64,000 bases of DNA, from assembly GCA_030390025.1 (NCBI GenBank), contig CM059432.1:2232001-2296000 (forward strand), read 5' to 3'. Numbering within the stretch: position 1 is the first letter of the stretch; each line of letters begins with the position of its first letter. Below the pieces are notes generated by a model, which was given only the letters and a program-made list of their open reading frames with translations, did no database searches and had not been told where the DNA came from. Shown piece by piece: positions 34,079-47,341 of the stretch. The stretch comes from Squalus acanthias. Lineage: Eukaryota. The translations under genes were made by a program, and so were the position numbers.

Positions 34079-37000
34079 ACTGTCGGAGGGGCAGTACTGA
34101 GGGAGCGCCGCACTGTCGGAGGGGCAGTACTGAGGGAGCGCCGCACTGTCGGAGGGGCAGTACTGAGGGAGTGCTGCACTGTCGGAGGGGCAGTACTGAG
34201 GGAGCGCTGCACTGTCGGAGGGGCAGTACTGAGGGAGCGCTGCACTGTCGGAGGGGCAGTACTGAGGGAGCGCCGCACTGTCGGAGGGGCAGTACTGAGG
34301 GAGCGCCGCACTGTCGGAGGGGCAGTACTGAGGAAGCGCCGCACTGTCGGAGGGGCAGTACTGAGGGAGCGCCGCACTGTCGGAGGGGCAGTACTGAGGA
34401 AGCGCCGCACTGTCGGAGGGGCAGTACTGAGGGAGCGCCGCACTGTCGGAGGGGCAGTACTGAGGGAGCGCCGCACTGTCGGAGGGGCAGTACTGAGGGA
34501 GCGCCGCACTGTCGGAGGGGCAGTACTGAGGGAGCGCCGCACTGTCGGAGGGGCAGTACTGAGGGAGCGCCGCACTGTCGGAGGGGCAGTACTGAGGGAG
34601 CGCCGCACTGTCGGAGGGGCAGTACTGAGGGAGCGCTGCACTGTCGGAGGGTCAGTACTGAGGGAGCACCGCACTGTCTGAGGGACAGTACTGAGGGAGC
34701 ACCGCACTGTCTGAGGGACAGTACTGAGGAAGCGCCGCACTGTCGGAGGGGCAGTACTGAGGAAGCGCCGCACTGTCGGAGGGTCAGTACTGAGGGAGCG
34801 CTGCACTGTCGGAGGGTCAGTACTGAGGGAGCGCTGCACTGTCGGAGGGGCAGTACTGAGGAAGCGCCGCACTGTCGGAGGGGCAGTACTGAGGGAGCAC
34901 CGCACTGTCTGAGGGACAGTACTGAGGGAGCACCGCACTGTCTGAGGGACAGTACTGAGGAAGCGCCGCACTGTCGGAGGGTCAGTACTGAGGGAGCGCT
35001 GCACTGTCGGAGGGTCAGTACTGAGGGAGCGCTGCACTGTCGGAGGGGGCAGTACTGAGGAAGCGCCGCACTGTCGGAGGGGCAGTACTGAGGGAGCACC
35101 GCACTGTCGGAGGGGCAGTACTGAGGGAGCACCGCACTGTCGGAGGGGCAGTACTGAGGGAGCGCCGCACTGTCGGAGGGGCAGTATTGAGGAAGTGCTG
35201 CACTGTCGGAGGGGCAGTATTGAGGGAGCGCTGCACTGTCGGAGGGGCAGTACTGAGGGAACGCTGCATTGTCAGAGGGGAGGTTCTGAGGGAGTGCTGA
35301 ACTGTCGGAGGGGCAGTACTGAGGGAGCGCTGCACTGTCGGAGGGGCAGTACTGAGGGAGCACTGCACTGTCGGAGGGGCAGTACTGAGGGAGCACCGCA
35401 CTGTCGGAGGGTAGGCTCTGAGGAAGTGCTGCACTGTCGGAGGGGCAGCACTGAGGGAGCGCCGCACTGTCGGGGGGGCGGTACTGAGGGAGCGCCGCAC
35501 TGTCGGAGGGGCGGTACTGAGGGAGCGCCGCACTGCCGGAGGTGCAGTACTGAGGGAGCGCCGCACTGTCGGAGGGGAGGTTCTGAGGGAGCGCTGCACT
35601 GTCGGAGGGGCAGTACTGAGGGAGCGTCGCACTGTCGGAGGGGCAATACTGAGGGAGCGCCGCACTGTCGGAGGGGCAATACTGAGGGAGCGCCACACTG
35701 TCGGAGGGGCAATACTGAGGGAGCGCTGCACTGTCGGAGGGGCAATACTGAGGGAGCGCTGCACTGTCGGAGGGGAAGTACTGAGGGAGCGCCGACACTG
35801 TCGGAGGGACAGTACTGAGGGAGCGCTGCACTGTGGGAGGGGCAGTACTGAGGGAGCGCCGCACTGTGGGAGGGGCAGTACTGAGGGAGCGCGCACTGTG
35901 GGAGGGGCAGTACTGAGGGAGCGCGCACTGTCGGAGGGGCAGTACTGAGGAAGTGCCGCACTGCCGGAGGTGCAGTACTGAGGGAGCGCCGCACTGTCGG
36001 AGGGGAGGTTCTGAGGGAGCGCTGCACTGTCGGAGGGGCAGTACTGAGGGAGCACTGCACTGTCGGAGGGGCAATACTGAGGGAGCGCCGCACTGTCGGA
36101 GGGGCAATACTGAGGGAGCGCCACACTGTCGGAGGGGCAATACTGAGGGAGCGCCGCACTGTCGGAGGGGCAATACTGAGGGAGCGCTGCACTGTCGGAG
36201 GGGCAATACTGAGGGAGCGCCACACTGTCGGAGGGGCAATACTGAGGGAGCGCCGCACTGTCGGAGGGGCAATACTGAGGGAGCGCCACACTGTCGGAGG
36301 GGCAATACTGAGGGAGCGCCGCACTGTCGGAGGGGCAGTACTGAGGGAGCACCGCACTGTCGGAGGGGCAGTACTGAGGGAGCGCTGCACTGTCGGAGGG
36401 GCAGTACTGAGGGAGCACTGCACTGTCGAAGGGACAGTACTGAGGGAGCGCTGCACTATCGGAGGGGCAATACTGAGGGAGCGCCGCACTGTCGGAGGGG
36501 CAGTACTGAGGGAGCACCGCACTGTTAAAGGGGCTGGCCTGAGGGAGTGCTGCACATTTGGAGGGGCAATACTGAGGGAGGGCTGCACTGTCGGAGGGGA
36601 AGTACTGAGGGAGCGCCGACACTGTCGGAGGGACAGTACTGAGGGAGCGCTGCACTGTGGGAGGGGCAGTACTGAGGGAGCGCCGCACTGTGGGAGGGGC
36701 AGTACTGAGGGAGCGCGCACTGTGGGAGGGGCAGTACTGAGGGAGCGCGCACTGTGGGAGGGGCAGTACTGAGGGAGCGCGCACTGTGGGAGGGGCAGTA
36801 CTGAGGGAGCGCGCACTGTCGGAGGGGCAGTACTGAGGAAGTGCTGCACTGTGGGAGGGGCAGTACTGAGGGAGCGCGCACTGTCGGAGGGGCAGTACTG
36901 AGGAAGTGCTGCACTGTCGGAGGGGACGTTCTGAGGAAGCGCCGCACTGTCGGAGGGGAGGTTCTGAGGGAGCGCCGCACTGTCGGAGGGGCAGTACTGA

Positions 37001-38930
37001 GGGAGCGCCGCACTGTCGGAGGGGCAGTACTGAGGGAGCGCTGCACTGTCGGAGGGGCAGTACTGAGGGAGCACTGCACTGTCGAAGGGACAGTACTGAG
37101 GGAGCGCTGCACTATCGGAGGGGCAGTACTGAGGGAGCGCTGCACTGTCGGAGCAGAGGTTCTGAGGGAGCGCTGCACTTTTGGAGGGGTAGTACTCAGG
37201 AAGTGCTGCACTGTCGGAGGGGCAGTACTGAGGGAGTGCTGCACTGTCGAAGGGACAGTACTGAGGGAGCGCTGCACTATCGGAGGGGCAGTACTGAGGG
37301 AGCGCTGCACTGTCGGAGCAGAGGTTCTGAGGGAGCGCTGCACTGAGGAAGTGCTGCACTCTTGGAGGGGCAGTACTGAGGGAGCACCGCACTGTCGGAG
37401 GGGCAGTACTGAGGAAGTGCTGCACTGCCGGAGGGGCAGTACTGAGGGAGCGCTGCACTGTCGGAGGGGCAGTACTGAGGGAGCGCTGCACTGTCGGAGG
37501 GGAGGTTCTGAGGGAGCGCTGCACTTTTGGAGGGGTAGTACTGAGGAAGTGCTGCACTGTCGGAGGGGCAGCACTGAGGGAGCGCCGCACTGTCGGGGAG
37601 GCGGTAATGAGGGAGCGCCGCACTGTCGGAGGGGCGGTACTGAGGGAGCGCCGCACTGCCGGAGGTGCAGTACTGAGGGAGCGCTGGGCTGTCGGAGGGG
37701 AGGTTCTGAGGGAGCGCCACACTGTCGGAGGGGCAATACTGAGGGAGCGCCGCACTGTCGGAGGGGCAGTACTGAGGGAGCACCGCACTGTTAAAGGGGT
37801 TGTCCTGAGGGAGTGCTGCACATTTGGAGGGGCAGTACTGAGGGAGTGCTGACTGTCGGAGGGGCAATACTGAGGGAGCGCTGCACTGTCGGAGGGACAG
37901 TACTGAGGGAGCGCTGCACTGTGGGAGGGGCAGTACTGAGGGAGCGCCGCACTGTGGGAGGGGCAGTACTGAGGGTGCGCGCACTGTGGGAGGGGCAGTA
38001 CTGAGGGAGCGCTGCACTGTGGGAGGGACAGTACTGAGGGAGCGCGCACTGTCGGAGGGACAGTACTGAGGGAGCGCGCACTGTCGGAGGGGCAGTACTG
38101 AGGAAGTGCTGCACTGTCGGAGGGGACGTTCTGAGGAAGCGCCGCACTGTCGGAGGGGAGGTTCTGAGGGAGCGCCGCACTGTCGGAGGGGCAGTACTGA
38201 GGGAGCGCCGCACTGTCGGAAGGGCAGTACTGAGGGAGCGCTGCACTGTCGGAGGGGCAGTACTGAGGGAGCACTGCACTGTCGGAGGGACAGTACTGAG
38301 GGAGCGCTGCACTGTCGGAGGGGCAGTACTGAGGGAGCGCTGCACTGTCGGAGGGGAGGTTCTGAGGGAGCGCTGCACTTTTGGAGGGGTAGTACTCAGG
38401 AAGTGCTGCACTGTCGGAGGGGCAGTACTGAGGGAGTGCTGCACTGTCGAAGGGACAGTACTGAGGGAGCGCTGCACTATCGGAGGGGCAGTACTGAGGG
38501 AGCGCTGCACTGTCGGAGCAGAGGTTCTGAGGGAGCGCTGCACTGAGGAAGTGCTGCACTCTTGGAGGGGCAGTACTGAGGGAGCACCGCACTGTCGGAG
38601 GGGCAGTACTGAGGAAGTGCTGCACTGCCGGAGGGGCAGTACTGAGGGAGCGCTGCACTGTCGGAGGGGCAGTACTGAGGGAACGCTGCATTGTCAGAGG
38701 GGAGGTTCTGAGGGAGTGCTGAACTGTCAGAGGGGCAGTACTGAGGGAGCGCTGCACTGTCGGAGGGGCAGTACTGAGGGAGCACCGCACTGTCGGAGGG
38801 GAGGTTCTGAGGGAGCGCCGCACTGTCGGAGGTGCAATACCGAGGGAGCGCCGCGCTGTCGGAGGGGCAGTACTGAGGGAGCGCCACACTGTCGGAGGGG
38901 CAGTACTGAGGGAGTGCTGCACTGTCGGAG
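34079..38930 (+). repeat. 33-bp minisatellite, about 147 units, with higher-order duplications
   Basis: Unit CACTGTCGGAGGGGCAGTACTGAGGGAGCGCCG; runs directly into the SINE core at 38931. Confidence 0.97.
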
Positions 38931-39260
38931 GTGCCGTCTTTCGGAGGAGACCTTAAACCGAGGCTATGTGCTGTCAGGTGGAAGTAAAAGATCCCAGGGC
39001 ACTATTTTGAAGAAGAGCAGGGGAGTTATCTCCGGTGTCCTGGTCAATATTTATCTCTCAATCAACATCACTGAAAACAGATTATCTTGTCATTATCACA
39101 TTGCTGTTTGTGGGAGCTTGCTGTGCGCAAATTGGCTGCCGCGTTTCCTACATTACAACAGTGACTACACTTCAAAACAGTACTTCATTGGCTGTGAAGC
39201 GCTTTGGGACGTCCTGAGGTTGTGAAAGGCGCTGTAGAAATACAAATCTTTCTTTTTCTT
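38900..39260 (+). mobile_element. DeuSINE-like SINE core and tail, continuous with the array
   Basis: ggaggtgccgtctttcggaggagacc...aaaggcgctgtagaaatacaaatcttt. Confidence 0.85.
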
Positions 39261-40519
39261 TTTTTTTAAAAAAAAAATCACACAATTTGAGCGCCACTTT
39301 AAAAAATATCTATATATATTTTTCCCATTTAGTATGTGGAATTTGCGAATGGTTGTCACTGAGCTCTCGGCAGTTCTGTTCTCATTCAGACCTTGGCTGA
39401 CGGATGCAAGGGCTGGGGTGGATCGTGTACAAAAGAAATTGGTGCGTAGGCAGGAATCTTTCTGGAACTCCCGAGAAAAATCGAGTGTCCATCCCAGCAT
39501 GGTGGGTGGGTCTCTATGGGGCTGCGGTTATCTCTTTTTTTTTTTGGTGTGTTCTGGCAGCTGAGCTGGCCGCATAAACAACAACTGCTGTGGTCGGGAG
39601 TCAAGGAAAGCACAGTTACCAGGCCCAGCAGTAGTAGCAGCAGCAGCAGCAGCAGCAGACACTCGCTTCAACAGGAAGCCTGTTGGAATGGTTTTCCCCT
39701 TTTCCTGTACTGGAATTTTTTTTTTTCCCTTCTTGTTTTTCCTATTTTTCAATCTGGCAAGGGCCCCCAATTTGTCTCCATCCTAAGCGGCCGCATTGAA
39801 AGGTTGGGGCCTGCAGACATCTTGCAACACGGGAGGAAGTCTGCGTGGGCTCATTTACGGCCAGCTTTACATTTCAACTTCTAACAGGGGAGCGAGGTGG
39901 CTTGGCTCAAGAACGCAGCAGTTAAGAAGCTCACTAGGAAGACAGCAGCAGGAGGAGGCCATTCAGCCCCTCGAGCCTGTTCCGCCATTCAACGAGATCT
40001 TGGCTGATCTGCTTCTTATCTCCGTCTACCCGCCTTGGGTTCCGTAACCCTCGCTACCCTTGCCTCACAAAAGATCTGTCACTGTCTGCAGTGCGCTCAC
40101 TTCGACAGCAAAAGCACGCGGTCGGGAGTGGGCCGAGGCCTGGTACAGTAAAAGCCACGTGACACAGTTGCCAACCCTCCAGGATTGTCACGGAGACTCC
40201 AGGAATTGAAGATTAATCTCCAGGACACTGGTCCGAGCAAAAACCCAGGAGAAACATCATAGGGGGGGGGGGGGGGGCGATAAAAAAAAATTGCGCTTAA
40301 GATGATTAAAGGAGTTGATAGGATAGACGGAGAGAAACTATTTCCTCTGGTGGGGGGAGTCCAGAACAAGAGGGCAGAACCTTAAAATTACATAGAATAT
40401 ACAGCATAGAAATAGGCCATTCGGTCCAACCAGTCCGTGCTGGCGTTTACACTCCACTCGAGGCTCCTCCCAGCCATCTATCACTATAACCCTCGATTCC
40501 TTTCTCCCTCATATGCTTA

Positions 40520-40935
40520 TTTTAAAAAAAAATTCTTTTATGGGATGTGGGCATCGCTGGCAAGGCCGGCATTTATTGCCCATCCCTAGTTGCCTTCGAG
40601 AAGGTGGTGGTGAGCCGCCTCCTTGAATACAACGGAGTGGCTTGCTGGGCCATTTCAGAGGGCAGTTACGAGTCAACCACATTGCTGTGGGTCTGGAGTC
40701 ACATATCGGCCAGACCGGGTAAGGGCGGCAGATTTCCTTCTCTAAAGGACATTAATGAACCAGTTGGGTGTTTACGACAATCCGGTAGTTTCATGGTCAC
40801 CATTACTGATACTCGCTTTTATATTCCAGATTTATTTAATTAAATTTAAATTTACCCAGCTGCTGTGGTGGGATTTGAACTCATGTCTCTCGGATCTGGG
40901 TTACTAGCCCAGTAAAATAACCACTATGCTACCGT
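40520..40935 (-). mobile_element. tRNA-derived SINE, family 2, inserted in a CR1 fragment
   Basis: Same head, core and tail as 17535-17915. CR1 sequence at 40390-40515 resumes at about 40937. Confidence 0.7.
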
Positions 40936-41527
40936 CTAGCTTCCCCTTAAATGTATCTATATACTATTCACTTCAACCACTCCCTGTGGTAGCGAGTTCC
41001 ACATTCTCACCACTCTCTGGGTAAAGAGGTTTCTTCTGAATTCCCCATTTGATTTCTTCGTGACTATCTTATATTGATGGCCTCTAGTTTTTCTCTTGGA
41101 GCCAGGCCGTTCAGGGGTGATGTCAGGAATCACTTCTTCACACAAAGGGTAGTGAAAATCTGCAAAACTCTCCCCCAAAAAGCTGTTGGGGCTGGGAGTC
41201 AATTGAAGATTTCAAAACTGTGACTGATAAGATTTTTGTCAGGCAAGGGTATTGAGAGATACGGAACCAAGGCAGATAAATAGCATTAGGATACAGATCA
41301 GCCGAGATCTAAGTGAATGGCGGAACAGGCTCGAGGGGCGATGTTCCTACGTGTGAACCGAGACAATGTACATCAAGCAAGAGATTTAACCTTGGGAGGG
41401 GGCATCATAGACAAGCCTGATCCTGCACTCACTGTACACCCACAAACATTCCAGCACCAGGCCCTGGAAAGTCACCAAGGACAAGAATCCTGGCTTTGCT
41501 TTGCTCCCTCTCTGGTCTGAGGAGGAC

Positions 41528-41890
41528 AAAACAACTTGTATTTATACAGCATCTTAAACGTAGTAAAACGTCCCAAGGCGCTTCACAGGAGCGATTATCA
41601 AACACATTTTGACACCGAGCCACATAAGGACATGTTAGGATGGGTAGGTTTTAAGGAGCGTCTTAAAGGAGGAGAGAGAGGCGGAGAGGTTTAGGGAGGG
41701 AATTCCAGAGCTTAGGGGCCCAGGCAGCTGAAGGCACGGCCGCCAATGGTGGAGCGATGGAAATCGGGGGGATGCGCAAGAGGCCAGAATTGGAGGAGCG
41801 CAGAGATCTCAGAGGGCTGTGGGGCTGGAGAAGGCTACAGAGATAGGGAGGGTTGTGGGGCTGGAGGAGGTTACAGAGATGGGGAGGGAG
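41528..41890 (-). mobile_element. L2-clade LINE 3' fragment
   Basis: Encodes LRSSNSGLLRIP...KLWNSLPKPLRL. Confidence 0.75.
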
Positions 41891-42319
41891 CGAGGAAAAC
41901 AAATGCAGTTTCTCTATCACCGTTTCCCTCCCCTCTCCCCACCTGAAATCAGCACAAACCCAGAAACTTCCCTTGGTTAACTGGCTAAGGACCATAGCAG
42001 GTGACACTTCCACCCTACAAGCCACCAAGGGAACCCCAAATGTCACCATTTAAACTCAACATTAACATTACTGAAGTTTATAATGTTGCAACAGCAAATT
42101 GACTGCATTGCAGAATGGGGAAGGGGAGAGGCCGTGGGGGGGGGGGGGGGGGGGGGGAAGAGAAATAATATACAGATTTTCAAGATATTCAAATGTCCAA
42201 AATGAACGTCGTCTACCATAATACAACTCTCAGTTTTGATATTTTACTACAAACACAACTCACAAGCTGGAAGAGTTTGTCAACTGTGGCTTGACAAAAC
42301 AGCAACTACTTGCAACAAC

Positions 42320-42780
42320 CTGGGATGAGAGGAATGTCCTATGAGGAGAGATTGTGTAGAATGGGCCTATACTCTCTGGAGTTTAGAAGAATGAGAGGTG
42401 ATCTCATTGAAACATAGAAGATTCTGAGGGGGATTGACAGGGTAGATGCTGAGAGGCTGTTTCCCCCTGGCTGGAGAGTCCAGAACTAGGGGGCACAGTC
42501 TCAGGATAAGGGGTCGGCCTTTTAGGACTGAGATGAGGAGGAATTTCTTCACTCAGAGGGTTGTGACTCTTTGGAATTCTCTGCCTCAGAGGGCTGTGGA
42601 TGCTGAGTCATTGAGTATATTCAAGGCTGAGATAGATTTTTGGACTCTAGAGGAATCAAGGGATATGGAGTTCGGGCGGGAAAGTGGAGTTGAGGTCAAA
42701 GCTCAGCCATGATCTTATTGAATGGCGGAGCAGGCTCGAGGGGCCGTACAGCCTACTCCTGTTTCTAATTCTTATGTTCT
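42320..42780 (+). mobile_element. CR1 LINE 3' fragment with (TTCTTATG)n tail
   Basis: Encodes FPLAGESRTRGHSLRIRGRPFRTEMRRNFFTQRVV. Confidence 0.85.
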
Positions 42781-43220
42781 TTATAAAGCGCCTTTAACAT
42801 AGTAAAACGTCCCAAGGCGCCTCACAGGAATGATTATCAAACAAAGTTTGACACTAAGTCACATAAGGCGATATTAGGACAGGTGACCAAAGCTTGATCA
42901 AAGAGGTAGGTTTTAAGGAGTGTCTTAAAGGAGGAGAGAGAGGTAGAGAGGTTTAGGGAGGGAATTCAGAGCTTAGGGCCCAGGCAGCTGAAGGCACGGC
43001 CACCAATGGTGGAGCGATGGAAATCGGGGTTCCTCAAGATCTCGGGCGGGGGGTTGTGGGGCTGGAGAAGGTTACAGAGATAGGAAGGGGAGCGAGGCCA
43101 TGGAGGGAATTGAAAACAAGGATGGTAATTTTAAAAATCGAGGAGTTGCTGGACCGGGAGCCAATGTGGGTCAGCGAGCACAGGGGTGATGGGTGAACGG
43201 GACTTGGTGCGAGTTAGGAG
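42781..43220 (-). mobile_element. L2-clade LINE 3' fragment
   Basis: L2 tail positioned tail-to-tail with the preceding CR1. Confidence 0.75.
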
Positions 43221-43924
43221 ACTGGCAGCCGAATTTCCTACATTACAACAGTGACTACACTTCAAAAAGTACTTCATTGGCTGCAATGCGCTTTGGGACG
43301 TCCCGAGGTCGTGAAAGGTGCTATAGAAATGCGAGTCTTTCTTTCTTTTCTATTTGGAAGGGAGGATCCCGCAGCAATAAAGAATACAGACCGAGCAGCG
43401 TGGACGGAGCCATCAGTCCCGTCTCACGGTGATGGGCGAACGGGACTTGGTGCGAGTTAGGAGACGGGGCAGCAGAGTTTTGGATGAGCTTAAATCTATG
43501 GAGAGTGGAAGATGGGAATCCGACCAGGAGTGCGTTGGAATAGTCAAGCCTAGAGGCAGCAAAGGCACGGATGAAGGTTTCAAAACCTCCTGGCCATCAG
43601 AAATTGGTTGGCGCTTGACTGCCAGAGCCAACAGGGTGATCCCTGGTCCGGAGCGGGGAGGCCCGAGGCCCACCCAATATTGGGCTTTGGGCCTGATTTA
43701 CTTCGGATGCCTGCTGGGCCAGCCCCAGGCAGCATCTCCGACAAAGCCCGTTCCAATTTCATGCGACTGCCAGCAACACAGGTAGGTAGCGCTTGCTGCT
43801 CACGTGTCCCCGGTGGCAGAAGGTCTCAACTGAGTCGCTTTGGAATTTTGTGGCCTTTTAAAATGGCAGCCACGGGCCTCACAGATTGAAAATAGTTTAA
43901 TCTCTGGAAAGACTTGCACTTATA

Positions 43925-45247
43925 TGGTTCCAGGGATGAGGGGCTTCAGTTAGGTGGATAGACTGGAGAAGCTGGGGTTGTTCTCCTTAGAGCAGAGAAG
44001 ATTGAGGGGGGATTTGATGGAGGTGTTCAAAATCATGAGGGGTCTGGACAGAGTAGATAGAGAGAAACTGTTCCCATTGGCAGAAGGATTGAGAACCAGA
44101 GGACACAGATTTAAGGTGATTGGCAGAAGGTCCAGAGGCGACCTGAGGAAAATCTTTTTTACGCAGCGAGTGGTTAGGATCTGGAATGCACTGCCTGAGA
44201 GGGTGGTAGATATTCCCAATTAAATATTGGGAAGACCGAAGCCATTGTTTTCGGTCCCCGCCACAAACTCCGTTCCCTAGCCACTGACTCCATCCCTCTC
44301 CCTAACATCATCTGAGGCTGAACCACACTGTTCGCAACCTTGGTGTCATATTTGACCCTGAAATGAGCTTCTGACCACATATCCGCAGCATAACAAAGAC
44401 CGCCTACTTCCACCTCCGTAACATCGCCCGTCTCCGCCCTTGCCTCAGCTCATCCGCTGCTGAAACCCTCATCCATGCCTTGTTACCTCTAGACTTGACT
44501 ATTCCAACGCTCTCCTGGCTGGCCTCCCACATTCCTACCCTACTTAAACTTGAGGTCATCCAAAGCTCGGCTGCCCGTGTCCTAACTCGCACCAAGTCCC
44601 GTTCACCCATCACCCCTGTGCTCGCTGACCTACATTGGCTCTCGGTCCAGTAACGCCTCGATTTCAAAATTCTCATCCTGGTTTTCAAATCCCTCCATGG
44701 CCTCGCCCCCTCCCTATCTCTGTAACCTCCTTCAGCCCCACAACCCCGAGATATCTGCGCTCCTCTGATTCTGCCCTCTTGAGCATCCCTGATTATAATC
44801 GCTCCACCATTGGTGGCCGTGCCTTCAGCTGCCTGGGCCCTAAGCTCTGGAATTCCCTCCCTAAACCTCTCCGCCTCGCTACCTCTCTTTCCTCCTTTAA
44901 GACGCTCCTTAAAACCTACCTCTTTGACCAAGCTTTTGGTCACCTGCCTTAATTTATCCTTATGTGGATCGGTGTCAAATTTTTTGTTTTATAATACTCC
45001 TGTGCAGCGCCGTGGGACGTTTTACTACATTAAAGGTGCTATATCAATACAAGTTGTTGTTGTTGAGGCAGATTCAATCGTGGCTTTCAAAAGGGAGTTG
45101 GATAAATACCTGATGGAAAAAAATTTGCAGGGCTACGGGGAAAGGGCAGGGGGAGTGGGACTAGCTGAAGTGCTCTTGCAGAGAGCCGGCACGGGCTCGA
45201 TTGGCCGAATGACCTCTTCTGTGCTGTAACCATTCTATGATTCTATA
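43925..45247 (+). mobile_element. CR1 3' fragment interrupted by an L2 fragment (44212-45063)
   Basis: CR1 ...WNALPERVV resumes as EADSIVAFKRELD after the L2 (GTT)n tail. The L2 encodes SFKTLLKTYLFDQAF. Confidence 0.85.
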
Positions 45248-45565
45248 TAGTGCCTTTCACAACTTCAGGACCTCTCACAGCGATTTACAGCCAATGAAGC
45301 ACTTTTTAACGTGTAGTCATGGTGCTATTTTGAAGAAGAGTAGGGGAGTTCTCCTCGGTGTCCTGGGGCCAATATTTATCCCTCAACCAACATCACCGAT
45401 TAAAAAATTATCACATTGCTGTTTGTGGGAGCTTGCTGTGCACCAATTGGCTGCCGCGTTTCCTACATTACAGCAGTGACTACACTTCAAAAAGTACTTC
45501 ATTGGCTGTAAAGCGCTTTGGGATGTCCTGCGGTCGTGAAAGGCGCTGTCGAAATGCAAATCTTT
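45245..45565. mobile_element. Two DeuSINE 3' fragments in opposite orientation
   Basis: A minus-strand tail (45245-45320) is fused to a plus-strand core and tail (45320-45565). Confidence 0.6.
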
Positions 45566-45661
45566 CCATCTACTGGCCTGGTTGAAATTAAATTCAACAG
45601 CAAAGATCAGCTTAAAAAAAGGCTGGCCCTTTTCATAGCACTGTGAAATCTACAAAGAAGG

Positions 45662-46118
45662 AGGATACCAGAACTGAGAGGTTATACCCATCAGAAAACA
45701 ATGAATAGGTTGGGGCTGTTTTCTCTAGAAAAGAGAAGATTGAGCGGTGACCTGATAGAGGTCTTTAAAATTATGAAGGGGTTCGATAGGGTTGATGTAG
45801 AGAAGATGTTTCCACTTGTGGGGGAGACCAGAACTAGGGGCCATAAATATAAGGTAGTCACTAATAAATCCAATAGGGAATTCAGGAGAAACTTCTTTAC
45901 CCAGAGAGTGGTGAGAATGTGGAACTCGCTACCACAGGGAGTGGTTGAGGCGAATAGTAAAGATACATTTAAGGGGAAGCTGGATAAACACATGAGGGAG
46001 AGAGGAATAGAAGGATATGGTGATAGGGTGAGATGAAGAGGGGTGGGAGGAGGCTCGGTGTGGAGCAGAAACCAGTTGGGTCGAATGGCCTGTTTCTGCG
46101 CTGTACACTCGATGTAAT
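45662..46118 (+). mobile_element. CR1 LINE 3' fragment
   Basis: Encodes LGLFSLEKRRLSGDLIEVFKIMKGFD...NFFTQRVVRMWNSLP. Confidence 0.85.
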
Positions 46119-46387
46119 GCAGTGAATGACCAATTCCTTCTGTGTTCAGTAGTCCCGAGGGGGCGATGCCACATAGCAGCCTGTGGGGAACGGCCAGCAG
46201 TGTCTCTATGTTGCTCTGAAGCAGCTGCATAGTGTCAGCCCCACGAACGTCAAGAGAGTGCAAGGGCAATTTAAGAATGAGAGGAGTTAAGTATCAGGCC
46301 ACCAGGAAGTTGTGCGTGACCCAGCCCTGAGCCGACACACCCCACACAGGGTGGACAACTCGGCGATAGGGACTGCGTGTGCCAAAT

Positions 46388-46750
46388 TAGGAAGGGTTTG
46401 GTTGGAGTAAATAGGGAGACACTGTTTCCACTGGCAGGAGGGTCGGTAACCAGAGGACATAGACTTAAGATAATCAGCAAAAAAAATCCAGAGGGGAAGA
46501 GGAGGAGAATTTTTTTTTTTTTACGCAGCGAGTTGTTGTGATCTGGAACGCGCTGCCTGAAAGGGCGGTGGAAGCAGATTCAATAGTAACTTTCAAAAAG
46601 GGAATTGGAGAAATACTTGAAGGGGAGGAATTTGCAGGGCTGTGGGGAAAGAGCAGGGGGGAGTGGGACTAATTGGAGAGCTCTTTCAAAGAGCCGGCAC
46701 AGGCACGATGGGCCGAATGGCCTCCTCCTGCGCTGTGCGATTCTATGACT
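46388..46750 (+). mobile_element. CR1 LINE 3' fragment
   Basis: CR1 3'UTR gggccgaatggcctcctcctg...attctatg. Confidence 0.75.
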
Positions 46751-47341
46751 CCATATATCCCGCACGCCTAAATTCCACTGCGCGGTGACTATCTCAACGG
46801 TACAGTCTCAATAAATATCTGTTTAAGATCTTGCAGCCTCAGTAACAAGTTAATTTTAGATCCAGTTTAACACGATGGCAGATTTCCTCCGTGTAGGTGA
46901 GATATTACAGCTCTGCTCGGTCTCAGGTACAGACACACCAACACATACATTGACAGATGGAGATGCCACTCTTGCAAATTCATTGCCACCTTCACTTTTA
47001 AAAATAAAAGATATACAAATGACACGGAATAATGCAACAGCTCTCTCTCTCGGCAATTAAATCGCTGATTTCGCTGCCCCCTTGTTACTGGGAGAATGCG
47101 ACACAAAAAAAAACCAATATTGGTGCTAGCAAAGGAGACGACATATTTACATTAGACAGTTCCTTCAATTTCCTGAGATTTTAAATTGTGGAAATAAGTG
47201 TCAGCCAGTGCTTTGACATCCGCTGACGGGTGATACAAAAGCAAATTTTCCACAGTGTCAGTACGAGCGCGGTTCAACCTCCAAATCTTGCCAAATCTAT
47301 TTCAATGATAAACGGCTGTTAATTACAGATTATAACATTAC

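Noticed and set aside
33858..38922. Long ORFs of 200-1216 aa
   Set aside because: They are open in several frames on both strands because the 33-bp unit lacks stops; the translations are 11-aa periodic.
34079..38930. CRISPR-like array (33-bp periodic repeat with a hairpin)
   Set aside because: The units are contiguous with no unique spacers, there are no cas genes, the context is a vertebrate intron, and the unit derives from a SINE.
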